A DNA stretch of 64,000 bases from Veillonellaceae bacterium (GCA_012523975.1 JAAYSF010000038.1:8390-72389); one strand, 5' to 3'; positions 39,206 through 50,137 are shown, numbered from the stretch's first letter. Notes: a model not told the origin generated them from the letters alone. Translations and numbers: made by a program.

Positions 39206-40102
39206 ATGGATGTAAATTTCGAATTATACAAGGTTTTTTATTATGTTGCCGCCAAATTAAGCTTTTCCGACGCTGCCGCTAAGCTTTATATCTCCCAGTC
39301 AGCGGTTAGTCAATCCATCAAGCTGTTAGAGGAACAATTAGATACCAAACTCTTTATGCGCAATACTAAGCAGGTCAAGCTCACACCTGACGGTGAGCTT
39401 TTATATAAGCATGTCGAACAAGCCTTTAACTTTATTAAAACCGGTGAACGCAATTTGCAAGAGGTCCATTCGCTGGAACGCGGAGAAATTAGAATCGGAG
39501 CCAGCGATACCATCTGCCGCCACTACCTTTTACCTTATCTCAGACGCTATAACCAGCTTTATCCGCAAGTAAAAATCAGCATTACTAACCGGCCGTCCTC
39601 AAAATGCGCAGAACTGCTGCTAAAAGGACGCATTGATATTAGCATCGCCAATATTCCGGCCGTTAAACCCTCGAAAGGGCTAAATATTATTGAGCTTATC
39701 ACAATCAACGACGTCTTTATCGCTGGTCCAGCTTATAAGCATTTGCAGAACAGCGAACTGTCACTTCAGGATATTACCGAATACCCAATATTAGCGCTTG
39801 AACCACACTCGGTAACACGGTCATATCTCGATAAGTTGTTTGAGCAAAATGAACTTCACATTACGCCGGAATTTGAATTAGGCAGTGTTGATCTGTTATT
39901 GGACTTAGTAAAAATCGGGTTAGGCATCTCGTTTGTCAGTAAGGAATTCATCCAAAAAGAACTGGCATTGGGTGAGATATTTATCCTTAAAGTCAACGCA
40001 GCCATTATGCCGCGCCGCTTAGGGATCCTAACTCTCAAACACATGCCAGTTCCTATTGCCGCTCAAAAATTTATTGAATTATTGCAAAACCAAATCCTTT
40101 AA
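39206..40102 (+). CDS. LysR-family transcriptional regulator
   Basis: Start taken at [45 protein letters not shown] (HTH). LysR substrate-binding domain follows. Divergent from purL. Confidence 0.85.
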   Translation: MDVNFELYKVFYYVAAKLSFSDAAAKLYISQSAVSQSIKLLEEQLDTKLFMRNTKQVKLTPDGELLYKHVEQAFNFIKTGERNLQEVHSLERGEIRIGASDTICRHYLLPYLRRYNQLYPQVKISITNRPSSKCAELLLKGRIDISIANIPAVKPSKGLNIIELITINDVFIAGPAYKHLQNSELSLQDITEYPILALEPHSVTRSYLDKLFEQNELHITPEFELGSVDLLLDLVKIGLGISFVSKEFIQKELALGEIFILKVNAAIMPRRLGILTLKHMPVPIAAQKFIELLQNQIL

Positions 40103-40884
40103 ACCCTAGGTATATTGCGACCGCTGAATATTTCAGCCATCTCCTTTTTCAGCCGCTGTTTGATTTTCTTTTTATCACTAGGGGTTAAATCGCGTTGTTC
40201 AGTGCCGAACAGATAATTATCGAGATCAAACTCTTTCAGGATCATTTTAGTGTGGAAGATATTTTCCTGATACATGTTAACATCGATCATGTGATAGAGC
40301 TCGCGAGTCCGTTGGGCAATAAAATTTTGAATAGAGTTTATTTTGTGATCAATAAAAAACTTGCGGCCCTTTACATCACGGGTAAAGCCGCGCACCCGAT
40401 AGTCAGCAATTACAATATCGGAGCAAAAACTATTAATTAAAAAATTAAGCGCCTTTAACGGCGAAATTTCACCACAGGTTGATACATCTATATCAGCCCG
40501 AAAAGTACTGATACCTTTATAAGGATGACTTTCCGGATAGGTATGGACAGTAATGTGGCTCTTGTCAAGATGAGCAACTACGGCGTCAGAACAGGGCTCA
40601 ATACCCTCTTCTGAAATGAGCATAGTAACACTGGCCCCCTGTGGCTCGTAATCCTGTTTTGCAATGTTGAGGATGTTTGCGCCGATCATGTGCGCAACTT
40701 CCTCAAGTATCCCCGTTAGGCGATCGGCGTCGTACTCTTCATCGATATATTCGATGTATTCCTTACGATGCTGCGGTGTAATTGCGTAACAAATGTCATA
40801 CATATTAAAGCTCAGCGTCTTTGTCAAATTATTAAAACCATAGAGTTTTAGTTTGTCAATTTGTTTTATTTCCATCGGGTTCAC
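40099..40884 (-). CDS. speD: S-adenosylmethionine decarboxylase proenzyme, E. coli type (class 1B)
   Basis: Nearly collinear with E. coli SpeD: [24 protein letters not shown] ... [27 protein letters not shown] ... [17 protein letters not shown] ... [12 protein letters not shown]. Confidence 0.9.
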   Translation of the reverse strand: MNPMEIKQIDKLKLYGFNNLTKTLSFNMYDICYAITPQHRKEYIEYIDEEYDADRLTGILEEVAHMIGANILNIAKQDYEPQGASVTMLISEEGIEPCSDAVVAHLDKSHITVHTYPESHPYKGISTFRADIDVSTCGEISPLKALNFLINSFCSDIVIADYRVRGFTRDVKGRKFFIDHKINSIQNFIAQRTRELYHMIDVNMYQENIFHTKMILKEFDLDNYLFGTEQRDLTPSDKKKIKQRLKKEMAEIFSGRNIPRV

Positions 40885-41085
40885 CTTACTTATCTAAATC
40901 TTTTGGTAGAGTTCTCAACTTAATATTATTACTATAGTAATAAATGTTATTCTACAATGATTGACATTTACCTGCAACATGAAAATAGGTAAGAGCTGGC
41001 TAGATAAAAAAGGTTTTTGGTGGAAAACGTCGAAAATTTTTACAGTTATTGATTGTAATATCCTTGTTTAAATGGCGGAGGAATT

Positions 41086-42180
41086 ATGCAAAAGATGTCT
41101 TTAGCCAACCTTCGGCCGGGAATGGTTGTTGGACGGCATATTTATGGCAGCGATGGTCGCCTGCTACTAAACACTGGAACGGTTTTGACTGAAGCCTTTA
41201 TTAACCGGTTAAAAAAAAATGGCTTAGGCTCAATTTATATAAAAAACAGCTACCTTGATGATATCGAAATACCTGAGATTATCCAAGAAGAGACAAGAAA
41301 AAAAGCAGTCTCGCTTATGCAAAAATCCTTTGATGACCTCAAGTCAACTGCCTCCATCAAGATTGAGCAGTTTGAACAAGCTGCCAAAAGTATCGTTGAT
41401 GAGGTTATAACAAATCGCCAGGCGCTGGTACACCTTACTGATATTAGAACATACGATAACTATACTTTTGGACACTCAGTGAATGTTTGCATTCTTTCAA
41501 CAGTAACCGGGCTGCAGTTAGGCTACAGCAAGTCAAAGCTGCAAACTCTAGCGCTAGGTGCGCTCCTGCATGATGTCGGCAAAGCCTTCGTGCCACTTGA
41601 AATTCTAAATAAGCCTAGCCATCTAACCGATGATGAGATGGCGGTAATGCGCAAACATACCGAAACAGGTTTTAATGTTTTGCGCAAACAAATTGAGCAA
41701 ATTCCGCTCCTTGCCGCCCATGTAGCTTTTCAGCATCACGAGAAGCAAAATGGCAGCGGCTATCCCCGTGGTCTAGACGGCGATCACATTCATGAATTTG
41801 CCAAAATCGTCTCAATCGCAGACGTTTATGACGCTGTAACAGCTGACCGCCCCTACCGCAGCTGCATGCCGGCCCATGATGCCTATGAGCTTGTCGTTGC
41901 CCTGTCGGATATCCATTTTGACCCTGATATTTTGACAACCTTCCTCGGTAATATTGCTCTATATCCGATTGGCAGTTTTATTGCCCTTAATTCCGGTGAA
42001 ATTGGGGTTGTCACCAATGTTATCTCGAAACTTCCCACCCGGCCGATTGTTAAGGTCATAACCGATACTGATTGTAAATTGCTTGCCCAGCCTTACGAGT
42101 TAGATCTCACCGCCGAACTGACGATTGTCGTTGATTCGGTTTTGTCAGAAAAAGATCTCGTAGATTTGAAACTGGTATAA
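41086..42180 (+). CDS. HD-GYP domain c-di-GMP phosphodiesterase with N-terminal uncharacterised domain
   Basis: HDVGKAFVP ... HHEKQNGSGYPRGL (HD plus GYP motifs). Confidence 0.85.
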   Translation: MQKMSLANLRPGMVVGRHIYGSDGRLLLNTGTVLTEAFINRLKKNGLGSIYIKNSYLDDIEIPEIIQEETRKKAVSLMQKSFDDLKSTASIKIEQFEQAAKSIVDEVITNRQALVHLTDIRTYDNYTFGHSVNVCILSTVTGLQLGYSKSKLQTLALGALLHDVGKAFVPLEILNKPSHLTDDEMAVMRKHTETGFNVLRKQIEQIPLLAAHVAFQHHEKQNGSGYPRGLDGDHIHEFAKIVSIADVYDAVTADRPYRSCMPAHDAYELVVALSDIHFDPDILTTFLGNIALYPIGSFIALNSGEIGVVTNVISKLPTRPIVKVITDTDCKLLAQPYELDLTAELTIVVDSVLSEKDLVDLKLV

Positions 42181-42339
42181 AAATATTCCTGCAGTACAGT
42201 AGGCTACAGCACTAGTTATTACCATTCAGAATATTGCAGCTTTACCGCTCGTTAAGCTTGAATTAATTTATCGGCTGTGCTAACATAATATTAGCTTAAT
42301 ATTAAAAGGCAATGATAGGGAAAATACATGAATTAGTCT

Positions 42340-42540
42340 TTCTTCAGAGAGCCGGGTAAGGTGCAAGCCGGCGGGAGGTTATCGTGTAGGCCGCCTTGGA
42401 GCCGCCAGCTGAAAACACGCATTTGCATGTTATAAGCTGAGCCGCAGCCTAGCGTTAATAGGAAGAGTGAGCCGTCGAGGCTAATTTAGGTGGTACCGCG
42501 GGTTTTTGTCCCGTCCTTTTCAAAGGACGGGACTTTTTAT
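42340..42540 (+). promoter_or_regulatory. T-box riboswitch leader (tRNA-sensing antitermination) upstream of the Lrp/AsnC-aminotransferase operon
   Basis: Canonical T-box sequence AATTTAGGTGGTACCGCGG at 42483-42501. It overlaps the 5' arm of the terminator gtcccgtcc-ttttcaaa-ggacgggac-ttttt (42508-42538). AGAGAG stem-I element at 42346. Confidence 0.75.
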
Positions 42541-42567
42541 TTCGATTAATTTAAAGGAGGGTGTTAA

Positions 42568-43047
42568 ATGAAAGAACTACTAGAACTTTTGGAACAAAAT
42601 CATACTTTAACTACAAAACAGCTTGCTGCAATTTTGGGCAAGCCCGAAGAAGAGATAGTCGCCTCCATCAAGCAGCTCGAAGACGACAAAATAATTGTTA
42701 AGTATCAAACTATTATTAACTGGGAAAAAGCAGGTGCCAATATCGTCACTGCCCTCATCGAAGTCCGTATCACGCCGCAGCGTGAAGTAGGCTTTGATGC
42801 CATAGCCGAACGCATTTACAGATTCCCCGAAGTTCGCAGCTTGTATCTAATGTCTGGAACCTACGATTTACAGGTAATAGTCGAAGGCAGCACCCTCAAA
42901 GAGGTGGCTGAATTTGTTTCGACTAAACTGGCGACAATCGAAGGAGTTGTCAGCACTACCTCCAATTTCATGTTGAAGAAGTATAAAGAAGACGGAGTTA
43001 TCATTGAAGATAAAGAAGAAGATCGCAGATTGGTGGTGTCACCATGA
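42568..43047 (+). CDS. Lrp/AsnC-family transcriptional regulator (AlaR-like)
   Basis: 159 aa. HTH_AsnC N-terminus (LTTKQLAAILGKPEEEIVASIKQLEDDKII). RAM/AsnC_trans C-domain. Confidence 0.8.
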   Translation: MKELLELLEQNHTLTTKQLAAILGKPEEEIVASIKQLEDDKIIVKYQTIINWEKAGANIVTALIEVRITPQREVGFDAIAERIYRFPEVRSLYLMSGTYDLQVIVEGSTLKEVAEFVSTKLATIEGVVSTTSNFMLKKYKEDGVIIEDKEEDRRLVVSP

Positions 43048-44210
43048 GCTTCAGTGATAAAATAGCGCCAACAGTAGCAGCAATGCCGACATCGGGCATT
43101 AGACGGTTTTTTGATATCGTTGCCGAAATGAAAGGCGTTGTATCACTGGGAGTAGGCGAACCCGATTTTGTTACCCCTTGGCACATTCGCGAAAGCTGTG
43201 TTTATGGCCTTCAGCGCGGTTATACCGCATATACATCAAACTACGGCCTGCTTGAACTAAGACAGGAAATCGCCAAGCTTTTTAAAAATCAATATAATGT
43301 AAGCTATGATCCGCGGCAAGAAATACTGGTTACAGTCGGCGTCAGTCAGGCTCTTGATTTGGCGATGCGCGCTATTCTTGCTCCGGGGGAAGAAGTACTA
43401 ATTCCCGAGCCTTGTTATGTATCGTATAAAGCTTGTGTCACTTTAGCGGGCGGCACACCAGTACCCGTCCCAACTTATATTGAAAATGAATTCAGAGTCA
43501 CTGTTGAACAGTTGGAAAAGCTCGTCAGTCCTAGAACCAAAGCATTATTAATCGGATATCCTAGTAATCCGACCGGGGCGATCCTAACCCGTACAGAGCT
43601 TGAGGCAATTGCCGACTTTGCTGTCAGACATGATCTTATTGTTATCTCTGACGAAATTTACGGTGATCTCACATATGAGGGGGATCATATATGTTTTTCC
43701 AGCTTGCCGGGAATGCGTGACCGCACTATCCTGCTTAACGGTTTCTCCAAAGCATATGCCATGACCGGCTGGCGAATCGGCTATGCTCTATCAAACCCGG
43801 ATTTTATCGGTGCTATGACCAAGATTCATCAATACACAATGTTATGCGCTCCTGTAACGGCCCAAATTGCCGCTATTGAGGCCCTGCAAAACGGCGAAAG
43901 AAGCATGAAAAAGATGGTAGCCGAATACAATAGCCGCCGCCGCCTGATGCTTGAAGGCTTCCGTGGTATGGGACTGACCTGTTTCGAACCCAAAGGCGCC
44001 TTCTACATCTTCCCCAGTATTAAAAGCACCGGGCTTTCCTCACTTGAGTTCGCCGAACAGTTATTAAAAGACCAAAAAGTAGCTCTTGTCCCTGGCAATG
44101 CCTTTGGCGATTGCGGCGAAGGCTATGTCCGCTGCTCCTATGCCACCTCAACCGCCAACCTCCTCGAAGCCCTCGAACGCATTGAGAAATTTGTAAAGAA
44201 GCATCTATAA
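43044..44210 (+). CDS. Class-I pyridoxal-phosphate aminotransferase (alanine/aspartate aminotransferase, AlaT-like)
   Basis: 388 aa. GIRRFFDIVAEMKGVVSLGVGEPDF ... PLP-Lys context FSKAYAMTGWRIGYA. ATGA overlap with the regulator gene. Confidence 0.8.
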   Translation: MSFSDKIAPTVAAMPTSGIRRFFDIVAEMKGVVSLGVGEPDFVTPWHIRESCVYGLQRGYTAYTSNYGLLELRQEIAKLFKNQYNVSYDPRQEILVTVGVSQALDLAMRAILAPGEEVLIPEPCYVSYKACVTLAGGTPVPVPTYIENEFRVTVEQLEKLVSPRTKALLIGYPSNPTGAILTRTELEAIADFAVRHDLIVISDEIYGDLTYEGDHICFSSLPGMRDRTILLNGFSKAYAMTGWRIGYALSNPDFIGAMTKIHQYTMLCAPVTAQIAAIEALQNGERSMKKMVAEYNSRRRLMLEGFRGMGLTCFEPKGAFYIFPSIKSTGLSSLEFAEQLLKDQKVALVPGNAFGDCGEGYVRCSYATSTANLLEALERIEKFVKKHL

Positions 44211-44474
44211 ACCGCTCAGCCGTGCTTTTTTCTTGATAAAAAAGCACCAAAAAATCAAGGACCTATCCTACAGCGGCTTCCGTAATGTTCCGTAAGAGTA
44301 TGACCGGGGTAACGCTTAAAAGGCCGGTTCGTTTAATCGATCCCCGTACTCCGTATCTTTCGGCCCATTATGGAAAAAACCGTTCCGAGGTTTTTGGAAG
44401 AGGGCCTGGCCTTTTTGGTTACCTTTTTTAGGCAATGCCAAAAAGTAACAACTACCTCATAGGCTAAGTAAATA

Positions 44475-44505
44475 CCTCCATTTAAAAAGGCGCCCATATT
44501 GTGGG
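44475..44505 (-). terminator. Terminator of lctP
   Basis: Stem ggcgccca/tgggcgcc followed on the minus strand by tttttaaa. Confidence 0.55.
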
Positions 44506-44525
44506 CGCCTTCTATGTTTTAACCT

Positions 44526-46151
44526 TTAGGGAATCAAGCCTGGGAATACGAACTGATAGAGGTATACTAACACGCCAAGGAAGAGTGCATACGGGATTGC
44601 AAACTTGATAGTCTTGCGCATGATTACACCTTCCTTACCCATCAGACCAACAGCGGTAGCCGCGATAACGATACTTTGCGGGGAAATCATTTTACCTGCC
44701 GAAGCGCCGGCGTTGCCAGCTGAAGCCATCAGAACATCAGATAAGCCAAGACCTTGAGCAGTCAGTGTTTGCAGGTTGCCGAACAGCGCATTGGCTGAAG
44801 TGTTACTGCCGGTGACAAATACCCCAAGGGCACCAATCGCCGGGCTGAGGAACGGCATGACTTCCTTATCAATTGCCGCTACAAGGCTTTTCGACATTAC
44901 AGCAATCATCGACGGCTGCGCCGCCCCACTAGCAGTTGCCCAAACGACAGCTTTAGATTTAAGATCAATGATCGGCAGAGTCAGGTTCATAACCTCAGAG
45001 ATCGACAGAATACAGGCTACAGTTATGAAGGCTGGCACCATTTGTTTGAAAGTGATACCAATTTGTTTGGTAAAATCGCTGAACCGGATACCCATGAATT
45101 GGAATGCAATCAGACCTGCGATAATTGTAATGGTACCAGGGCTTTGCAGCCAAGTGAAGGCATAAACCTTATTCGGGTTGTAGATTTGCGCCTTAATCAG
45201 CATCCACTCGGTACCGGCAACTTTTCCGGCAAAGATTGGTTTAGTTCCGGGCAGGTTAACTGCGATAACCAGAAGGGCTAACAGGATATATGGAAGCCAG
45301 GATAAGCCCAGCTCTTTAAAATTGAGGGTATGGGCACTGCCGGTTGCAGCAGCACTTTCACCAGGGAAGAGCCAAACTTCAGTTTCTTTACGGGTATAGA
45401 GATAGAAGCCAAGTACGCCTAAGCAAACGAGCGCACCTAAAATACTGGCAAGGGTTGCACCAAGCAGGTTAGCAACCAGGAACTCTACGATTGAAAAGCT
45501 CAAACCGGTAATAAGGATAGCCGGCATAATACCTTTCATGCCTTTAACGCCTGACATTACAAAGACAGTGGCGAAAGTCATGATGAAGGCCATTATCGGC
45601 ATTAAACGACCGGTCATTTGCGACAGTTTCATGAAGTCAAGCTGAGTTGTTAGCGCCAGTGTATCAGTCGGAATAGCCAGTGAACCAAACGGAACCGGTC
45701 CGGTATTGGCCACCAAACATACCAACGCTGCCATCAGCGGATCATAACCAAGGCCTACTAAGATACTGGCCGGAATTGCAACAGGCGATCCGAAACCGCA
45801 AATACCTTCGAGGAAAGCGCTGAATCCGTAGCCTATTAACAGAGCTTGCGCCCGACGGTCAATGGTAATCGAGGACATTGCATTCTGCATCTTGTCCATC
45901 CAGCCGGTAGCTTTAAGAACATTGTAAACAATAATTGCCCCAAAAGGGATATACATTATCGGGAATATACCGGTAATTGCACCTTGCAGCGCTGCTAACA
46001 ACGTTACCTGCGCGGGGAATCCAAAATAAAAAATAGCAATTAAAACTGTTACTAACCATGCAACCGGTGCTACTTTCACCGCTGGTTTCATTAAAACAGG
46101 AAGACCAATCAAAAATACGATTAAGGGTATTGCAGCAAATAAAGCATCCAA
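44526..46151 (-). CDS. lctP: L-lactate permease (LctP family)
   Basis: TTG start 6 nt after GGAGGGG. 541 aa, about 14 TM. LFAAIPLIVFLIGLPVLMK ... typical of LctP. Confidence 0.88.
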   Translation of the reverse strand: MDALFAAIPLIVFLIGLPVLMKPAVKVAPVAWLVTVLIAIFYFGFPAQVTLLAALQGAITGIFPIMYIPFGAIIVYNVLKATGWMDKMQNAMSSITIDRRAQALLIGYGFSAFLEGICGFGSPVAIPASILVGLGYDPLMAALVCLVANTGPVPFGSLAIPTDTLALTTQLDFMKLSQMTGRLMPIMAFIMTFATVFVMSGVKGMKGIMPAILITGLSFSIVEFLVANLLGATLASILGALVCLGVLGFYLYTRKETEVWLFPGESAAATGSAHTLNFKELGLSWLPYILLALLVIAVNLPGTKPIFAGKVAGTEWMLIKAQIYNPNKVYAFTWLQSPGTITIIAGLIAFQFMGIRFSDFTKQIGITFKQMVPAFITVACILSISEVMNLTLPIIDLKSKAVVWATASGAAQPSMIAVMSKSLVAAIDKEVMPFLSPAIGALGVFVTGSNTSANALFGNLQTLTAQGLGLSDVLMASAGNAGASAGKMISPQSIVIAATAVGLMGKEGVIMRKTIKFAIPYALFLGVLVYLYQFVFPGLIP

Positions 46152-46526
46152 ACCTGTCCCCTCCTCTGGAATATCTTATTTTTTTAATCGGCTTAACCTC
46201 GGAGTTCTTTCATCACCTCCTTTAATATCCTAGAATGTTCCAAGGAAGCCGCAAACGTCATTTATCACATTTCGCCAAATTACCATACTTTATAGCAATA
46301 TTGTTTATTTTTTCACAGTACATAATTATCCGACAATTCCAAAATGTCCTCCCTTACACTTATGTCAATTATTCATACCATTTATAGTTAAATATAATAT
46401 ATTGCCAGGAAGGAATCGATAGGTATTGATGAAATCTAGCGTTGTGAGCATTTAGGAGCACGAACTCAGGTATAAGGCTGCGCTAAGAGTAAAATATTTC
46501 CTGGATTATTTGAAAGATTTCAATAA

Positions 46527-46562
46527 GCAAACGACTTGGCCTGCGCCAAGTCGTTTGCTTAT
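46527..46562 (-). terminator. Terminator of the thioesterase gene
   Basis: 14-bp stem gcaaacgacttggc/gccaagtcgtttgc. Confidence 0.55.
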
Positions 46563-46572
46563 TTCACACTTA

Positions 46573-46995
46573 TTAATTTTTAAAGGATTTTGCCTTCTCA
46601 TAGAGTTCTATTTCCTCTGCTGAAACCGGATCAACGATTAAGCCATGCGGCGTAGCCTTGCCGCTCTCATCGACATGTATGAAGGTCAGAAAGCCATCCA
46701 CAACAAATTCATCAGTTTGAGCCATTGTTACCTTAACATAGGATATCAGACTTGTTCGGCCGGCATATACAACCCTGCTCTCATACTTAAGGAGGCTTCC
46801 TTTCTTAACCGGTCTGGTAAAAGTCATACCATGAATTTTTAAGCATACTGTGCTTTCAGTCGATGTTAAGCTAGAGGCAGCGACAAATCCGGCTTCTACC
46901 AGCCATTCCGCGCCTCTTCCCGCATACAGTGTACCATGATGATTAAGGTCGGCTCCCTTTACCAAATGGTGAATAATAAATGATTTAACCTCCAT
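46573..46995 (-). CDS. Hotdog-fold acyl-CoA thioesterase
   Basis: 140 aa. Hotdog/4HBT-like pattern (HHLVKGADLNHHGTLYAGRGAEWLVEAGF). Confidence 0.65.
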   Translation of the reverse strand: MEVKSFIIHHLVKGADLNHHGTLYAGRGAEWLVEAGFVAASSLTSTESTVCLKIHGMTFTRPVKKGSLLKYESRVVYAGRTSLISYVKVTMAQTDEFVVDGFLTFIHVDESGKATPHGLIVDPVSAEEIELYEKAKSFKN

Positions 46996-47011
46996 ATGTA
47001 TCTCCTTATCC

Positions 47012-47431
47012 TTAGTAAACCCCTTTGGAGTTTAAAAACTCGCTGTATTTTTTATCAGTATGCAAAATGTGTTTTTCAATCCAATTGACAGCAAACATTA
47101 TAACATCCAGCAGAATCTGTTTTTCATTCTTATCAAGGTCCTGTTTACTAACCTGGATTATCTTATTAACGAAGCCGCCATGTTCCAGTTTGTGAAGCTT
47201 GGTTTCCTGGTCGTCATAACCGTACTGCGCCAATAATTTCTCCTCATAGCCGAAATGATACACCGTATAATCACGCAATTCTCCAAAAATCCTGTTTATT
47301 TCATCATAATAATCATATCCATCTTTAGCTTTAGCTATGTCATATAATTGCCCGGCTAATTCAAACAGTCGTTTATGCTGCTTATCAATCTCAGCAATGT
47401 TTAGATTATATTCCGGTTTCCAGTCAAACAT
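47012..47431 (-). CDS. Bacteriohemerythrin (hemerythrin-like metal-binding protein)
   Basis: 139 aa. FDWKPEYNLNIAEIDKQHKRLFEL ... plus H/E/D iron ligands in four helices. Confidence 0.8.
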   Translation of the reverse strand: MFDWKPEYNLNIAEIDKQHKRLFELAGQLYDIAKAKDGYDYYDEINRIFGELRDYTVYHFGYEEKLLAQYGYDDQETKLHKLEHGGFVNKIIQVSKQDLDKNEKQILLDVIMFAVNWIEKHILHTDKKYSEFLNSKGVY

Positions 47432-47608
47432 ACATTCATCCCCTTACTGCAGCTACCAGTTTATGATAGCCGTATGTATACAATATTCGTGCTTACTGCT
47501 TTCGCTAAATATAGATATATTCCTGCAAGAGAAGTCCCATTTAATAGAAAAAACCGAGAATGCCGCGCAATGTCTATATAACCTGCGCGGCAACTCTCGG
47601 TGTAATTA

Positions 47609-48994
47609 TTACATAGTCATTCGCTCAATTATAGTACGAGCAGCATATACTCCGCTGGCGCTCGCCTGCGACAGTCCGCGCGTTACGCCGGCGCCATCGC
47701 CGATGGCGAACATATTTGGAATTGCGGTTTCCAGTTTGTTACTGAGCTTGAGGCGTGAACTATAAAACTTAACTTCAACACCATACAGCAAAGTATCATC
47801 ATTGGCCATGCCCGGAGCAATCTTATTAAGGGCATAGATCATCTCAATAATATTATCCAGATGACGCTTAGGCAGCACCAGACTCAAATCGCCGGGCGTA
47901 GCTTTTAAGGTAGGTTTAGTAAAGCTTTGGGCCATGCGATGCTCATTCGTACGGCGTCCCTTAATTAAATCGCCGAAGCGCTGCACCAGTACGCCACCGC
48001 CTAACATGTTGGAGAAAGAGGCAATCCGTTTGCCATATTGATGCGGTTCGTTAAATGGTTCAGTAAATCTATTGCTCACCAATAGCGCAAAATTAGTATT
48101 TTTGCTGTGGAGCTTCTCATCACGATAGCTATGACCATTGACGGTAATAATCCCATCAGTATTCTCGGCAACTACATAGCCCTTGGGATTCATGCAGAAG
48201 GTTCGAACAAGATCACCATATTGTTTAGTACGATAAACTAGCTTAGCTTCATAAACTTCATCAGTTATATGCTTAAAAACGTCGGCCGGTATCTCGACCC
48301 TTACTCCGACGTCCACCTGATTATTAAAAAGCTGCAGACCTAATTCACGACACTGGCCAGCAAACCATTCCGAGCCGGCCCGTCCAGGCGCGGCAATCAG
48401 ATAGCTGCAGACAACCGCTTCCTTGACCCCCTCAAAGTCTAAGGAAAATTCGTTGTCACCAATATTTATTTTGGTAACACGCTGGTTATAAACCATTGTT
48501 ACTTTTTCTTTTAAGTGCTCATAAATATGCTTCATGATGGTTAGATTGTTTTCCGTTCCTAAATGGCGAACCTTAGCCTCAAGAAGATGAAGGTCATAAG
48601 CAAGCGCCTGTCGGGACAAACCGTGGTTCTTGCTGCTGAATACCTCCGAGGGCGCGCCATACTGCATATTTATTTTATCAACATAGTCTATTAAATCCAA
48701 GACTTCATTATCCGAAAGATATTCATTAAGCCAACCGCCATATTCAGTAGTAAAATTATACTTGCCGTCCGAAAAGGCTCCTGCGCCGCCAAAACCACGC
48801 ATAATGCTGCAGGGATGGCATTTTATACATTGAGCAACTTTCTTTTCGGCGATTGGGCACCTGCGGGTGTGAATATCACGTCCCTCTTCAATTAGAATAA
48901 TGCTGGCATTTGGCTGTTTAGCCGCAAGTTCATACGCAGCAAAAATACCTGCCGGCCCACCACCGATAATAGCTACGTCATACTTTTTATTCAT
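47609..48994 (-). CDS. FAD-dependent oxidoreductase (COG2509-like NAD(FAD)-utilising dehydrogenase)
   Basis: Start set at MNKKYDVAIIGGGPAGIFAAYELA (Rossmann GxGxxG; SD AAAGGGTG). Cys cluster CPIAEKKVAQCIKCHPC. Confidence 0.7.
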   Translation of the reverse strand: MNKKYDVAIIGGGPAGIFAAYELAAKQPNASIILIEEGRDIHTRRCPIAEKKVAQCIKCHPCSIMRGFGGAGAFSDGKYNFTTEYGGWLNEYLSDNEVLDLIDYVDKINMQYGAPSEVFSSKNHGLSRQALAYDLHLLEAKVRHLGTENNLTIMKHIYEHLKEKVTMVYNQRVTKINIGDNEFSLDFEGVKEAVVCSYLIAAPGRAGSEWFAGQCRELGLQLFNNQVDVGVRVEIPADVFKHITDEVYEAKLVYRTKQYGDLVRTFCMNPKGYVVAENTDGIITVNGHSYRDEKLHSKNTNFALLVSNRFTEPFNEPHQYGKRIASFSNMLGGGVLVQRFGDLIKGRRTNEHRMAQSFTKPTLKATPGDLSLVLPKRHLDNIIEMIYALNKIAPGMANDDTLLYGVEVKFYSSRLKLSNKLETAIPNMFAIGDGAGVTRGLSQASASGVYAARTIIERMTM

Positions 48995-49164
48995 CCTGGC
49001 AACACCCTTTCGTGAAACATTATTAGAAAAAATCAAAGCCAAGCGACATTATACTTCATTTCTCTTAGTATGTATATAGCTAAAAATAGGATATTCTAGT
49101 ATTATGGTAAGAAGTTTTATAAATACTACATAGTGAAAACCACTTACCGGAGGATTAAGTATCA

Positions 49165-50067
49165 ATGGATATCCATCATTTGGTATACTTTATTGAAGTT
49201 GCCCGCCATCGTAACTTTACCAAGGCTGCTCAAGCATTGCATATTTCGCAGCCGTCAATTAGCAAAATGATTAAGGTACTCGAAGAAGAACTCGGAGTTC
49301 GGTTATTTTCCCGGACCACCCGCCAGATCGAACTTACTGATGCCGGCAGAGCAGTGCTTCACGAAGCCCAGCACATTATAAATTCATTTCAGAATCTAAA
49401 ATCAGAGCTGTCTGATGTAATGCAGCTTAAAACAGGCAACATTCTGTTCGGTTTGCCACCAATGATCGGCGCCAGTTTCTTTTCGAAAATTATCGGCAAA
49501 TTTAACCAACAATACCCCGGCATTACCATTAAACTTATTGAAGTCGGCTCAAGGCAAGTAGAATACGGCATCGAGGATGGAAGCCTCGATATCGGTGTCG
49601 TAGCTCTGCCTATTGTTAAAGAAGATGCTTTCGAAATGCTTTCTTTTGTCAAAGAACCGTTAATGGTTATCACGCCTAATGATCATCGTTTAGCTGCCAA
49701 AGCAAAAGTTAGTCTCGTCGAATTAAAAGATGAGCCGCTTGCTTTTTACCGCGAAGACTTCTCTCTCCATGACACCATAATCGAACGCTGCAGCGAGCGC
49801 GGCTTCTATCCCAAAACTATCTGCGAAAGTTCGCAGTGGGACTTTATTGCGGAAATGGTCGCTGCTAAGCTTGGCGTGGCTTTGTTGCCGACAACCATCT
49901 GCCGCGATCTTGACCCTAAGCGTATAAAAAGCATTCCCCTTGTTGACCCAATTATATACTGGGATTTGGCGATTATTTGGAAGAAGGATAAATATATCCC
50001 GTTTGCTGTTAAGGAATGGATCAAGTTCACTAGTTCGCTGCTTGGCATTAACTATAAAATAAATTGA
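49165..50067 (+). CDS. LysR-family transcriptional regulator
   Basis: MDIHHLVYFIEVARHRNFTKAAQALHISQPSISKMIKVLEEELGVRLF HTH plus LysR substrate-binding domain. Confidence 0.85.
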   Translation: MDIHHLVYFIEVARHRNFTKAAQALHISQPSISKMIKVLEEELGVRLFSRTTRQIELTDAGRAVLHEAQHIINSFQNLKSELSDVMQLKTGNILFGLPPMIGASFFSKIIGKFNQQYPGITIKLIEVGSRQVEYGIEDGSLDIGVVALPIVKEDAFEMLSFVKEPLMVITPNDHRLAAKAKVSLVELKDEPLAFYREDFSLHDTIIERCSERGFYPKTICESSQWDFIAEMVAAKLGVALLPTTICRDLDPKRIKSIPLVDPIIYWDLAIIWKKDKYIPFAVKEWIKFTSSLLGINYKIN

Positions 50068-50100
50068 GGGAATATTGGACTGCTGAAATTCTGAATAGTA

Positions 50101-50137
50101 AAAATCCGGGGGCCTTACGGCCTCCGGATTTTTTAGA
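50101..50137. terminator. Bidirectional terminator between the LysR gene (+) and PFOR (-)
   Basis: aaaaa-tccgggggcc-ttac-ggcctccgga-tttttt. Confidence 0.6.
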
